The notes: generated from the letters alone by a model not told the origin. A DNA stretch of 64,000 nt from Mobula hypostoma (GCF_963921235.1 NC_086109.1:22446001-22510000); one strand, 5' to 3'. Shown: positions 24,985 through 36,842, counted from the stretch's first letter. Numbers and translations: made by a program.

Positions 24985-25320
24985 TCAATAGCACAGTACA
25001 GCAGCATAGCGGTTAGCGTATGCTTTACCACGATCATGATCACAGATCGGGATTCAGTTCCCACCGCTGTCTGTAAGGAGTTTGTACCTTCTCCCCGTGA
25101 GCACATGGGTTTCCACAGGCACTCTGGTTTTCTCCCACATTCCAAAGACATACAGTTAGGGTTAGGGAGTTTTGGGCATACTATGTTGGCACCGGAAGTG
25201 TGGCGATATGTGTGGGCTGCCCAGCACAATCCTCACTGATTTGATTTGATGCGAACAAAGCACTTCACTGCATGTTTGCATGCTGCGATGTACATGTGGC
25301 AAATAAAGCTAATCTCATCG
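24985..25320 (+). mobile_element. tRNA-derived SINE
   Basis: agcatagcggttagcg A box and the same core and tail as 23695-24010. Confidence 0.8.
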
Positions 25321-26830
25321 TAACCTCAAACCTCATGACGGAGGGGAGCAGGAGAGGAGGAAGAAGAGCAACAACATTGGGATCTCTTCAGGGAGAGGTA
25401 TGACCTGTACAAAAGGGACGGGTTGCACCTGAACCTGAGGGGGACCAATATTCTCGTGGGCAGGTTTGTTAGAGCTGTCGGGGAAGGTTTAAACTAATTT
25501 GGCAGAGGGATGGGAACCAGAGTGAAGGGACTCAGGATAGGATAGATGGTAAAAAAGCAAAGATAACGTGCAGTCAGACTGTCTGGAAGGGCAGGCAGAT
25601 GTTAGGGTAAAATTGCAGTCAGCAGGGTGAGTATAAGTGCATTAGGGATGCAGATTGTCGGCTATGATGTTGTGGCCATCATTGAATGTGGCTGAGAATG
25701 GTTGGAGTTGGGAGCTGAATGTCCAAGGTTACACGTTATATCAGAGCAATGGGAAGGTAGGCAGAGGAGGTGGCATGACCCTGCTGGTAAAAAATGGCAT
25801 CAAATCATTAAAGATGTGACATAGGATTCAAAGATGTTGAATCCTTGTTGGTTGAGTTAAGGAACTGCAAGGGTAAAAGGACCCTCATGGCAGTTATATA
25901 CAGGTCTCCAAACAGTAGCTGGGATGTGGACTACAGATTACAGGAAATAGAAAAGGTGTGTCAAAAAGGACAATGTTGTGACAGTCATGGGAGATTTCAA
26001 CGTACAGGTAGATTGGGAAAATCAGGTTGATAATGGAACTCAAAAGAATGAATTTGTTGAGTGTCTATGATTTGGCATTTTAGAGCAGTTTGTCATTGAA
26101 CCTACGAGGAGATCAGTTATACTGGATTGGGTGTTATGTAATGAACTGGAGATGATTAGGGAGCTTAAGATAGAGGAACCCTTAGGAGCCAGTGATCACC
26201 ATATGATTGAGTTCAACTTGAAATTTGATAGGGAGAAAGTAATGTCTGACATAGCAGTATTTCAGTGGAGTAAAGGAAATTACAGTGGTATGAGAGAGGA
26301 GTTGGCCAAAGTAAATTGGAAGGAGATGCTGGCAGGGATCACAGCAAAGCAGCAATGGCTTGAGTTTCTGGGAAAAATGAGGAGGGTGCAGGATAGATGT
26401 ATTCCAAAAACAAGGAATTACTCAAATAGCAAAATAGTACAACTGTGGCCGTCAAGGGAAGTCAAAGCTAATGTAAAAGCAAAAGAGATGGCATACAACA
26501 AAGCAAAAGTTAGCGGGAAGATAGAGGATTGGGAAGCTTTTAAAAACCCACAGAAAGAAACTGGAATAATCATTATGAGGGAAAATATGAATATGAAAGC
26601 AAGCTAGCAAACAATATTAAGGTGGATTGAAAAAGCTTTTTCAAGTATATTAAAATTAAAAGAGAGATTAGAGTGGATTTAGGACTGGTAGAAAATGAGA
26701 TTGGAGGAATATTAAGGGGGGCAAGGAGATGACAGATGAGTATTTTGTATCAGTCTTCACTGTGGAAGACACTAGCAGTGTGCCAGGTATTGAAGGGAGT
26801 GAGAGAAGAGAAATGAGTGCAGTTACTATT

Positions 26831-27028
26831 CTCAACATGCTGGAGGAACTCAGCAGGTTGGGCAGCATCCGTGGAAAAGATCGGTCGACGTTTCGGGCCA
26901 GAACCCTTCGTCAGGACTGTCCTGAAACGTCGACCAATCTTTTCCATGGGTGCTGCCCAACCTGCTGAGTTCCTCCAGTGTGTTGTGAGTGTTGCTTTGA
27001 CCCCAGCATCTGCAGATTATTTTGTGTT
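26831..27028. mobile_element. 198-bp fold-back Penelope-derived insertion inside CR1
   Basis: Perfect 13-bp TSD TGCAGTTACTATT at 26818-26830 and 27029-27041; left arm is the reverse complement of the right arm. Confidence 0.92.
26882..26919 (-). ncRNA. Minimal type I hammerhead ribozyme motif, core intact
   Basis: Minus strand reads CAGUC-CUGACGA-AGGGUUCUGGCCC-GAAA-CG-UC-GACCG: conserved core, stem II, palindromic ACGU stem III, GUC triplet, stem I with one mismatch. Confidence 0.75.
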
Positions 27029-28700
27029 TGCAGTTACTATTACAAGGAAGAAGGTGCTCAAAAAGCTGAAAGAGCTAAAGGTACATAAGTCACCTGGACC
27101 AGATGACCTGCACCCTATGGTTCTGAAAGAAGTAGCAGTAGAGATTATGGAGTAGATTATGGATCTTTCAAGAATCATTGGACTCTAGCATGATTCCGGA
27201 GGTCTGGAAAATTGCAAATGTAACTCCACTTTTTAAAAAGGACGGAGGCAGCAGAAAGGAAATTATAGACCAGTTAACCTGACTTCAGTGGTTGGGAAGA
27301 TGCTGGAGTCAATGGTTAAAGATGAGGTTATGGAGTACTTGGTGACACAGGATGAGATAGGACCAAGTCAGCATGGTTTTCTCAAGGGACACACCTGTTG
27401 GAATTCTTTGAGGAGATTATAAGTAGAATAGATAAAGGGGATGAAATGGATGTTGTACATTTGGATTTTCAGAAGGCCTTTGACAAGGTGCCACACATGA
27501 AGCTGCTTACCAAGTTAAGAGCCCATGGTATTACAGGAAAGTTACTAGCATGGTTAGAGCACCGACTGATTGGTAGTAGGCAGTGAGTGGGAATAAAAGG
27601 ATCCTTTTCAGGTTGGATGCCAGTGACTAGTGGTGTTCTTCAGGGGTCGGTATTGGGACTGCTTCTTTTTATGCTGTACATCAATGATTTAGATGATGGA
27701 ATAGGTGGCTCTGTTGATATGAAGATTGGTAGAGGGGCTGGTAGTATTGAGGAAACAGGAAGGCTGCAGAAGGACTTAGACAGATTAGGAGAACGGGCAA
27801 GAGAGTGGCAAATGAAATACAATATTGGAAAATGCATGTTCATGCACTTGTTAGAAATAATTGTGCAGACTATTTTCTGAATGGAGAGAAAATCCAAAAA
27901 TCTGAGATGCAAAGGGACTTGAGAGTCCTTGTGCAGAACACCCTAAAGGTTAACTTGTGGGTTTAATCAGTGTTGAGGAAGTTAAATGTAATGTTAGCAT
28001 TCATTTCAAGAGCTCCAGAGTATAAGAGCAGGGATGTGATGCTGAGGCTTTCCAAAGCACAGGGTAGGCCGCACCTTGAATATTGTGAGCAGTTTTGGAT
28101 TCCTTATCTAAAAGATATGCTGGTATTGGAGAGGGTTCAGAGGAGGTTCACAAGGATGATTCTGGGAATGAAAGGGTTATCATTTGAGTAATGTTGGATG
28201 GCTCTGAGCCTGTACTTGCCGGAATTTAGAAGGATGAGGGGGGGATCTCATTGAAGCCTTTTGAAGGTTGAAAGGCCTAGACAGAGTTGATGTGGAAAGG
28301 TTGTTTCCCAGGGTGGGGGGAGCCTCAGGATATGGGGGCACCCATTTAAAACAGAAATGCAGAGAAATTTCTTTAGCTAGCGGGTGATGAATCTGTGGAA
28401 TTTGTTACCACAGGCATTTGTGGAGGCCAGTTCGTTGGGTGTATTTAAGGTAGAGATTGGTAGGTTCTTGATTGGCCACGGCATCAAAGGTAATAGGGAG
28501 AAGGACAGGGAGTGGGGCTAAGGCGGAGAAAATAGGATCAGCCATGATTGAATGGCGGAGCAGACTTCATGGGTCAAATGGCCTAATTCTGCTCCTATGT
28601 CATATGGTCTATGGTCTTATAATAATACCAGGGGATTCAGTGGTTATATAAAGGCAGATATGAGTTTCTCAGGTTTGTTGTTTCCCAACTGCCAGGGTTA

Positions 28701-29332
28701 CAGACATGCCACACTGCAAAAACTCATTTCAGGGAGTTAGCACCATCAATTTGCGGGAGACTTCCGGGAGAGGTGGGATGTCTGCAATAGAGTAGCTCCT
28801 AAGCAGCTAGCCAGCTAGTTTAAATAACATTAGCTATGCTAATGAACAAATGACACCTGTTAAACTCACCTCAACATGTCTTTTACAGTCTTAACCCACC
28901 ATGGGCAATAGAAAAGTCACTGTTGCAAACAGTGCAGCGAGCAACACTGTCATTATTTTTGACCCCTATTAGGCAGTGCCTCACTTTAGTGTAGCCTGGG
29001 GTGACGTACGTTTCATATTTTCTTTTTTTGGAACACTCTTGCTCTTTCGCTTGTGGTCGCTCTCTCTCGCGCTTGCTTTCTCGCTCTTGCTCTCTCTCAT
29101 GGTCGCTCTCTCGCACTTGCTTTCTTGCTCTCACTCTCTCGCTCTCACTCTCGTGGTCGCTCTCACTCGCGCTTGCTTTCTTGCTCTTGCGCTCGCTCTT
29201 TCTCGCGCGTTCTCTCACACTCCCTCTCAAAGAAATCAATTTCCGGGACATTGTATATAATTTGTGGGCATCAGGAAGCCACTATTAATTTGCGGGAGAC
29301 TCCTGGAACTTCCGGGAGAGGTGGGATGACTG
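28701..29332 (-). mobile_element. Non-autonomous DNA transposon, hAT-like, with BED-finger remnant
   Basis: TIRs CAGACATGCCAC / GTGGGATGACTG; GGGTTA on both flanks; minus-strand peptide ARCTVCNSDFSIAHGG; internal (CTCG/CT)-rich low-complexity tract. Confidence 0.7.
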
Positions 29333-29399
29333 GGGTTAAAGCCATCACTGAGTAGGTCTGAACCAGGAGGCTGATACAGGGGGCCGAAAAGCCAATGAA

Positions 29400-31283
29400 T
29401 ATAATGGTATAAACAGTAAGAAGGATCACAACTTGCGGGTAGAGTTTATGGAGCTGGGAAAGAGACTAAACAAACAAAAGAAAACTTAAAATGCAGTAAT
29501 CTCAGGATTACTTCTAGTGTCACATACAGAATGTGTGAGATAGAACAGATGCTTGAAGAAATGTTGCAGTTGGAAGTGCTTTGGATTTGTGATACATAGG
29601 GATTATTTCCGGAGAAGGTGAGACAGAATGCAGCTCCATAGGACTTAGACCAGTATCCTTTGTAGGGGTGTTTGCTGGTGCTGTCAGGGAGCGTTTATAC
29701 AAGCACAGCAGGAGAATGGGAACTTCCAGAAGAATTCAGGAAGCTGAGAAACAAAGCAGGAAGTGGAGGTTATTAAAATAGTTAAGCAACAAAAATAGCA
29801 GAAACAAAGGCATGCAATAAAAGGGGTTAAAGTATAGAAATTGTCAAAATTAAAGGGGATATCTTTTAATAATACTCTAAACTAAGTAGGGGTGGTTAGT
29901 TAAAAGCATAGATAGAACTAAAGTAGTATGATCCAATTGGCGTTACAGAAACATAGCCGCTGGATGACCGAAATGGGGAAATGAATGATTAAGGATATTT
30001 AGGAAGGATGGAAGAAAGGGAAGTAGTGTGCCACCATGAATGAGGAAGGTGACTAGTAGAGTGGTTGGTAATGATTTTGGCTTAATAGTTAATGATGTAG
30101 AATGAGAATAAAATTGGGTTGAACTAAGAGATTAGAATGGGTAGAAAATATTGATTGGAGCCATTTATTGGCCATGAAGTAGATGCAAAAATTAGACATA
30201 GTGTAAATCAGGAAGTTAGGAGTGCTTGCAACATGAGTAATAGTGGAACATTAATCAACACATAGATTAGTAGTCAGTTCGGCAGCACTGACGTAGAGAA
30301 CTACTTCATGCAATGTAGGTGGTGGTTCTTTAGCTTAATATGTTGAGGAACCAGCTAAGGAGAAAGCAATTTTAGAAGGCATGTTGTCCTGTGAGAAAGG
30401 GTTCATTAACAATCTTGTAGTAAAGGGACCTTTAGGAAAGAGGGACAGAATGTTGCATTGAGTTTAAGAGTGATAAAACTAGGGCTTCAAACCTCAGCAA
30501 AGAAGCTATGAAGGAATACAGAGAGTAATGAATGTAGTTAGTTGGTGGAACACATTGAAAGATTTTCCAATGGATAGGAAATGTTTTGTATTCATAGAAA
30601 TAATGAATGAACTGCAAAAACATATTATTTTATGTCCAAATTCCCCAACAGGAAAGGTAATTCATCCGTGTCTAATCTGAAGAATTAAGGACTGCAGTAA
30701 GTTGGCAGTAAATAAAATTGCCTGAAATAACAGAGAATTTGAGAATTGTGAACTTTGGAATTCAGCAGAGCACCACCAAGTATTTGATTAAAAAAGATAA
30801 AATAGAATAATTTATAGATATTGTAAAATGAAAAAGACTGTTAAGGGAATGTAGGCCCCTTATAAGCACAGTAGAGTGAACCAAGTTATTGGCAGAGGAA
30901 CTGGACAAATACTTGGTGTTGGTCTTCATGAGGAAAAAACACAAAATATCTGCCAGACAATTAGAGACTCAAGGGGCCAATGAGGATGACAGACTGAAGA
31001 AAATAAAGTTGATGAGATGGAATATTGTTACAAGGAACTGATGAACTATATTTGCCAAGGTTTGGAAGCGGTGGCTAAAGAGATGGTGGAAGCTCTGGTT
31101 CTCAGCTTTCAACAGTGATGGATTGGGCAGTGATGATGTTCAAGTGGGACAACAGGCAATTAGGAAAGCAAATATTTTAACCTTATTATGAGAGGATTAA
31201 TTACACAAGTCTTATTGCAATTGAAGAATTACATGGTGAGATCTCCACCTAGATTATTATGTGCAGTTTTGTTTTTCTTACTT
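29400..31283 (+). mobile_element. Very old CR1-type LINE relic, continuing at 34444-34680 after the L1 insertion
   Basis: Decayed CR1 motifs; cacctagattattatgtgcagttttg...aagaaatgat joined to gtatttaacagcaaggaagtgcagc restores an HLEYCVQFW..LRKDV..EGVQ-like segment. Confidence 0.6.
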
Positions 31284-31293
31284 AAGAAATGAT

Positions 31294-34200
31294 CAAGAAC
31301 TTTATAAACAGAGAGTTGAGCTTCAAATGGAACATAACCTTTTATTACCATCTTCAATTGAAAGTCAATTAATCAAAACTAAGAGTCAATTTTATATACA
31401 TGGTGATAAAACTGGGAAACTTTTAGCTAATCAATTGAAATCGGCCTCGGTTAAACGACAGATTCTTAAAATTCGTAAACAAGATGGCACTTTGACAGTT
31501 GACAATGACGAAATTAATAAATCCTTTCAAGAATTTTATACCTCTCTTTATCAATCAGAATTTCCTGACGACTCCACTATAATGTATGAATTTTTTAAGA
31601 AATTGAATATTCCAAAATTATCATCTAGATGTACAAAACTAGATGTACCTATTACTGTAGAGGAAATAAAGAATGCTATTTTTTCAATGAATTCAGGTAA
31701 AGCACCTGGTCCAGATGGATTTACAGTAGAATTTTTAAAAATTTTCTCAACTACACTAACTCCTTGGCTATGTAGCATTTTTAGGGATGCAGTTTCAATA
31801 GGTAAATTACCACAATCTTTCTGTCGAGCTTCTATTTCCCTAATTCTTAAAAAAGATAAGGACCCTACTGAATGTGCATCTTATAGGCCTATATCTCTGC
31901 TGAATGTTGATTCTAAGATTTTTTCTAAAATATTGGCAACGAGATTGGAGAATGTATTACCCCAAATTATTTCTGCTGATCAAACTGGATTTATTAAAAA
32001 TAGTTACTCTTTTTTTAATATTAGGAGATTAATGAATATTGTTTATACGCCTTCACCCAAAATTCCAGAATGTGTCGTTTCATTGGATGCTGAAAAAGCT
32101 TTTGATAGAGTTGAATGGGTATATTTATTTAATACCCTTGAGAAATTCAATTTTAGTCCGATATTCATTTCCTGGATTAAACTGATATATTTTACCCCTC
32201 TGGCCTCGGTATTCATTAACAACCAAAGATCCCCTTTCTTTCATTTATTCCGTGGTACTAGGTAGGGTTGCCCTCTTAGTCCATTACTATTTGATATTGC
32301 TTTGGAACCGCTAGCTATTGCCATTCGTGACTTCCCTAATATATTTGGCATTACTCGTGGAAATGAGACTCGTAAATTATCACTATATGCAGATGATCTA
32401 CTATTATATATTTCTAACCCAGGAAAACCTATTCCGGCAGTATTAACTTTGCTTGCCCAGTTTAGTAGCCTTTCTGGTTATAAACTGAACCTAAGTAAGA
32501 GTGAACTCTTTCCATTAAATATGCAGGTTCTTATTTATAGAAATTCTCCATTTAGATTGATTACTATTATTTTACTTATTTGGGAGTTAAAATTACTAAG
32601 AGACATGGGGATCTATTCAATTTCAACCTTTTACCATTAATTAATCAGGTTAAGCAACTGATTACTAAATGGTCCCCTTTTTCTCTATCATTGATTGGCC
32701 GTATTAATGCTTTTAAAATGATTATTTTACCCAAATTTTTATATTTATTTCAAGTGATACCGATATTTATTCCTAAATCTTTTTTTGATATTATTGACTG
32801 TAAAATTTCTTCTTATATATGGCAAAATAGAAATCCCAGATTAAGTAAAAAATACTTACAGAAATCTAAGAAAGAAGGTGGTATGGCACTGCCTGTCCTG
32901 AGATTTTACTACTGGGCAATTAATATCCGATACTTAATATTTTGGACCCAAGATTGGAATATAACTCCAAGCCCACGTTGGGTGAACCTTGAAGGCCATT
33001 CTGTACAAGGGTTTTCTTTAGCCTCCATTTTAGGAACTTCATTGCCTTTAGCACTATCTAAATTGAATAAACAAATTTTCAACCCTATAGATAAACATAC
33101 ATTGCGAATATGGTTTCAATTTCGTAAATTTTTTGGCCTGAATGAATTTATGTTATCAAGTCCTATTATATCTAATTTTTTTTCCAACCTTCAGTAATGG
33201 ACCAAGCCTTTTTGATATGGAAAATGAAAGGCATAATATGTTTTCGCGATTTATTTTTGGATAACTGCTTTATGTCTTTTGAGCAGTTATTTGAGAAATT
33301 TGATTTGCCTAGATCCCATTTTTTTTTAGATACTTACAAATAAGAAATTTTTTAAATATTACATTGCCTACCTTTCCGACTTCCAATCCTTCTGGCACTC
33401 TTGATAAAATTTTAGGCTTTAATCCTTTACAGAAGGGATTAATAGCAATAATTTATGATATAATTATGAAATTACAGCCAGATATATCTGACAAAATTAA
33501 AAATGAATAGGAAAGAGAACTTCAACTTTCCCTACCTACAGAGAAATGGAATAAAATTTTTCAATTAGTTAGTACCTCTTCTATATGTGCTAAACATACT
33601 TTAATACAATTTAAAGTAGTACACAGAGCTCATATTTCCAAAGATAAACTAGCTCGTTTTTATTCCCATATAAACCCTACTTGTGATAGATGTCACTCTG
33701 AAGTGGCTTCTTTAACTCATATATTTTGGTCCTGTCCTTTTTTGGAAAAATATTGGAAAGACATTTTTGATATTATTTCAACAGTTCTATGCTTCGATTT
33801 AAAACCCCATCCTATTATGGCAATCTTTGGATTGCCAATGGTAGAACATAGATCTTTGTCTTCTTCAGCCTGTCGAATGATAGCTTTTGTTACTTTAATG
33901 GCGAGAAGATTTATTTTGTTGAACTGGAAGGAAACTAATCCTCCAACTACATTCTAATGATTTTCTCAAAGCATATTAAGTTTAAATTTAGAAAAAATTA
34001 GAAGTGATATTTTTGACCCTTCGGTTAAATTTGAAGAAACTTGGAAACCTTTTATGCAACATTTTCATATGATGTAATCTGACCTTTCCGAATCTTTTTT
34101 CTAAACTTAAATTATATGAGGAGAGGAGCGGAATTAATGACACTATTGAACATGTCCGATATAAGCTGTTGGTCTAGCCCTGTTTTGTTTTTTACCTTGG

Positions 34201-34433
34201 GGTTTTTTTTTCTTTTTTTTTCTTTTGGGTTTTTTTTGTTTATATATTTTTTTTCTTTTTATTTCTTTTTTAATGTTTAATCTCATTATGAGTTTGGAAG
34301 TCTTTTATGTCTATGTTACTTAAAATTCATTTTATATATGTTGATGAACATTTTTCCAATCTCTTTGTACCAACTTTGTTATTGAGTTTGTAATTTTGAA
34401 AAATTAATAAAACGATTTAAAAAGAAAGAAGGA
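31294..34433 (+). mobile_element. 5'-truncated L1-clade LINE (ORF2 RT, C-terminal Cys-rich region, 3' UTR)
   Basis: GKAPGPDGF, YRPISLLNVD.KI, LDAEKAFDRVEW, RGTR*GCPLSP, LYADD, CDRC..ASLTHIFWSC; AATAAA plus A-rich tail; 10-bp TSD AAGAAATGAT at 31284-31293 and 34434-34443. Confidence 0.93.
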
Positions 34434-34679
34434 AAGAAATGATGTATTTAACAGCAAGGAAGTGCAGCAATGATTCATCAGATTTATTCCGGAGATGGCA
34501 AGTTGGCTGCATTAGAAGAGATTCAAAAGACTAGACCTATATTCTACAAGGTTTAGAAGAATGGTATGAGATCTCACTTGAACCTACAAAATTAATACAG
34601 GGTACGCAAGGAAAATGTTTCCCATAGCTGAAGAGTGAAGAACTAAGAGTCACATTCTCAGAATAATGGACAGGCTGTT

Positions 34680-35425
34680 TAGGGAAGGTTTGATAATGCT
34701 GCACGGTGGTGTTCAAACTGGAGTTGCGGGGGGATGGGAACCAGAGTGCCAGAATAGTTAGTGGAGAGGTTGTGAAGACAGATGTTGGCAAGACCTCAGA
34801 CAAAGTTAGGAATCAAAACGTTGAGCATGCAACAAAATAGAAACAGTGTATACAGGACTGAAGGTGTTGTATCTGATTGCATGCAGTATACGGAATATGG
34901 TAGATGAACTTGCAGCACAGTTGCTTATTGGCAGGTATGATGTTGGAAGCATCATTGAATCATAGCTGAAAGATTATAGCTGACAACTATAATCCAGGGA
35001 TACACAGGTAGTTTTGAGGAAGTAGAGAGGCTACGGAAGGACTTAGGCAGATTAGAAGAATGGACAAAGAAATGACAGATGGAATACAGTGTTGAGAAGG
35101 GTATGGTCATGCACCAATTGGTGGAAGAAATAAAAGGGTTGACCATTTTCTAAATGGAGAAAAAATACAAAACACTGAGGTGCAAAGGGACTTGGGAGTT
35201 CTTGTGCAGGATTCCCTAAAGGCTAATTTTCAGGTCAAGTCTGTGGTGAGGAATGCTAATACAATGTTAGCATTCATTTCAAGAGGACTAGAATACAAAA
35301 GCAAGGATGGAATATTGAGACTTTATAAAGCACTGCTGAGGTCTCTCTTGGAGTATTGTGAGCAGGTTTAGGCCCCTTATCTTAAAAACGATGTGCTGAA
35401 ACTGGAGAAGGTTCAAAGGAGATTC
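34680..35425 (+). mobile_element. CR1 fragment with large internal deletion
   Basis: ORF2-start sequence (LKVLYL.ACSIRN) joined near 35008 to late-RT sequence (QRDLGVLVQDSLK...LEYCEQ). Confidence 0.75.
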
Positions 35426-35595
35426 TTAGGACTAAGATGAAGACCTTAGTAGGGGGGTCTTATGAATTCTCCAACTTGGATTAATTCAGAAGTTTAGACA
35501 TTCAAAAATGGAAAGATTTTTGGATATTAAAGAGGAATTAGGGGAAATGGAAATGTCACTGGGGCAGAAGATCAATCGTGATCTTCACAATCAAA

Positions 35596-36212
35596 GGCGG
35601 GAGGAGAAGATGGCAGCGCGACACAGCTCTCCGGTGAAATGATATCGTATCTGTTAAATAGGGGCCGTGGACAATTCTGATTTGATGAAAGACTTGAGAA
35701 GCAGAGGAACATCTGGAGAAATTTCTGTAATGCCTGGTTTTGCTGCCGTTGCTACTGTTCGATCGAGAATCTCCGGAGGGAAGGCCCCAAAATCCCTGGC
35801 TTTGCCTGCTGCTGGTGACCGAGGCTGAGGTCGAAACGGATAGAGGTGGTGCTTGGTACTCGGTGTCGGAGGGCTGATCAGAGCTCGAAGTTTTCGAACG
35901 ACTCAGAGTCGGACTGTGGTCGGGCATGGCGGGGAGAGTTTTCTTCCTTCTCCCGTCTGCGTGAGATGTGGGACTTTCGAGAAACTTTGAACTGTTTTAC
36001 TGTGCCATGGACTGTTCTTCATCAAGTTATGGTATTGTTGCACTGTTGTAACTATATGTTATAATTATGTGGTTTTGTTTGTTTTTCAGTCTTGATCTGT
36101 CCTTTGTTTTTGTGATATCACACCAGAAGAATATTGTATCATTTCTTAATGCATGCATTACTAAATGACAATAAAAGAGGACTGCGTGTCCTCATAATCT
36201 AGTCTAAATCTA
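35596..36212 (+). mobile_element. About 620-bp non-autonomous retroelement, copy 2 (inverted relative to copy 1)
   Basis: End-to-end reverse-complement similarity to 12118-12756; inserted in a CR1 3' UTR. Confidence 0.85.
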
Positions 36213-36770
36213 AAATGATCATATGGAAGGCAGAACAAGATAGAAGGGCTGGATGGCCTATTCCTGCTCCTATTTCTTGTGTTATTGTGTTAATTAACAA
36301 TTGTAATTTGTAGTTAACGAAGTTCATCCAGTCAATGGCTGATCCATATCTAGGAAGAAAGGTTCCAGTTGTTTATGGGTTATAATATACCTACAGCACA
36401 GAAGGAAGGCATCCACCCATAGAGCTTCCTTTTTTGCCCAATTTTATCTGTTTACCATTTCCTTCCACACAGTATCAACACACTTTCTTCTTCTGTTATT
36501 CTAATTCCCTCTTGCAATATTAATAACCTTTATAAATAAAAAAAATCCAGCACAAAACAAATGGCTTTCTTCGTGTTTTGTTGTTTTTAAATGCTGGTGA
36601 TCAGAATGTGATGAACATTTTCATCTTGTACTGCAGACAATAAAATCTAAAACAGCATATATTTTTTAGAGCTAAACATGAGTATAAAATGTATTTTGAC
36701 AGGATTATTGAGAAGACAACAAAGACCATAACAAATAAGGAGATAGTCCACTCACAGTCAAAATACTCAC

Positions 36771-36842
36771 ACAAGCAATACTGAAAGGCCCAGTACAGAA
36801 TGGATCTTCTCCTTTACTGGCCCAATATCGCTCACATTTTTT
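36771..36842 (-). CDS. PTPN22: Exon 6 (72 nt): KKCERYWASKGEDPFCTGPFSIAC
   Basis: ccttacAG acceptor, GTGAGT donor; KCxxYW motif. Confidence 0.95.

Larger units (their letters stand above)
25375..28620 (+). mobile_element. Decayed CR1-type LINE (ORF1 end, endonuclease, RT, 3' UTR)
   Basis: DLYKRDGLHLN, MGDFN, EPLGASDH.MIEF, KSPGPD.LHP, LDFQKAFDKVPH, SGV.QGSVLG peptides; (TATGGTC)n tail. Confidence 0.92.

Noticed and set aside
28883..29355. Overlapping R/E/S-rich and L/S/A-rich ORFs
   Set aside because: Produced by a low-complexity (CTCG/CT) tract inside a non-autonomous transposon.
31261..32265. 334-aa reverse transcriptase ORF as a host gene or retron-like system
   Set aside because: Part of a 5'-truncated L1 ORF2 with a TSD, an in-frame stop at QGCPLSP and frameshifts.
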